Assembly (NCBI RefSeq): GCF_006345805.1
Contig: NC_042999.1
Span: 25,482,001 to 25,546,000 of the forward strand
Length of the DNA: 64,000 nt
Direction of reading: 5' to 3'
DNA from: Octopus sinensis
Lineage: Eukaryota
Shown here: piece by piece, positions 63,140-64,000 of the stretch
How the letters are laid out: the number at the start of each line of letters is the position of its first letter
Position numbering within the stretch: the stretch's first letter is position 1
Made by a program: the position numbers and the translations under genes
Notes under the pieces: model-generated
Seen by the model: the letters and a program-made list of their open reading frames with translations, nothing else
Told to the model about the DNA's origin: nothing
Databases searched by the model: none

Positions 63140-63780
63140 CTGAAGTCGGTAAGATTTATTTTATGCTGTACTCCGTGACACTTTATTTCAAAGCCTAGAC
63201 GTGCGTGGCTAGAGTTGTAGAATTACGACTCTCTTGGACGTTGATAGAAGACTTGTGGTTATTAAAGCGTGTTCTGAAGGGGCCTTCCGTTTCCCCCACA
63301 TACTTCCGCACGCTCGGTTGTCCATTGATTACTGTGACATTTTCCACATAAACAACTGTCTCCATATTGCAGTGCCCGTTAAGTGGGCATGTTGTGTTAC
63401 CCCTGCATGAGCATCCTGCCTCTGCTTCCGGTGTGGGCTTAAAACTACGAAAATCTTTTTTTACACTAGGGGTACAGCTAAAGAATAATCTTAGGGTACG
63501 TCTATTAATTATTTTGTTGAATCTATTGGGACGCGAGAAGTGTATATCAACTAAACTAAGGAAGATACTACCTACTCCGGTCTTAATGTTTAAAGAGGAT
63601 GACGGTGTGAATCACAGTACTTTCCCTGTGGAGATTTCTCTTGTGTGGACTAGGGTCTGGCATGTAACTATTATTATCTTTGAAGCTGCTGGCGGTAGGA
63701 GCCCGGTTGCACTATGGGGCGGCAGCATGTAAGGAAATACAAGTTGGCGCGCGCCAACTTTACTGAAACCACACGTCCCC
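63140..63780 (-). pseudogene. Penelope-like element ORF remnant with GIY-YIG endonuclease
   Basis: One frame reads *FTPSSSLNIKTGVGSIFLSLVDIHF..SCTP..CSCRGNTTCPLNGHC..VVY..YVGETEGPFRTRFNNHKSS..STTLATHV*; VVY at 63348-63356, YVG at 63294-63302. Confidence 0.9.
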
Positions 63781-63824
63781 GGATTAGATATATATGTGTG
63801 CGTGAGTGTGTATGTCTGTGGTTG

Positions 63825-63855
<31 letters not shown>

Positions 63856-64000
63856 ATATATATATGTGTGTGTATATATATAAACATATTTATATATATA
63901 CATATATATGTGTGTGTGTGTGTGTGTATACATATACCTTAAACTACAATTTAATATACAAAGAACACCTGACACACACATGCATATAGAAACACATACG

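Overview
AT-rich, microsatellite-saturated animal DNA. The repeat content (several tRNA-derived SINE families, TTAGGG-type repeats, very long TA/CATA/TAA tracts) suggests an octopus or other coleoid cephalopod genome; this is an inference, not a database result. I find no complete protein-coding gene, rRNA, genuine tRNA or CRISPR array, and most ORFs in the supplied track are microsatellite artefacts. The window is a transposon graveyard: four tRNA-headed SINE families (my labels A-D), a TAA-flanked non-autonomous element (E), CR1/L2-, RTE- and R4/Dong-like LINE fragments, two Tc1/mariner relics, a complete decayed hAT (Buster-type) element with its TSD, a MITE carrying telomere-like repeats, and a Penelope-like GIY-YIG remnant. 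The main observation is a dense set of minimal type I hammerhead-ribozyme motifs: 17 motif copies in 8 sequence contexts (two copies come from a local duplication, two are partial). They lie in short, mostly (TA)n-embedded repeats (labels P1-P6) and in the 3' end of the Penelope remnant. One family has a fixed A6U core variant, and one locus is a palindrome with a hammerhead on each strand. None has been shown to be active and most carry core or stem defects. Several unexplained fold-back hairpins and some weak candidate exons are also reported.
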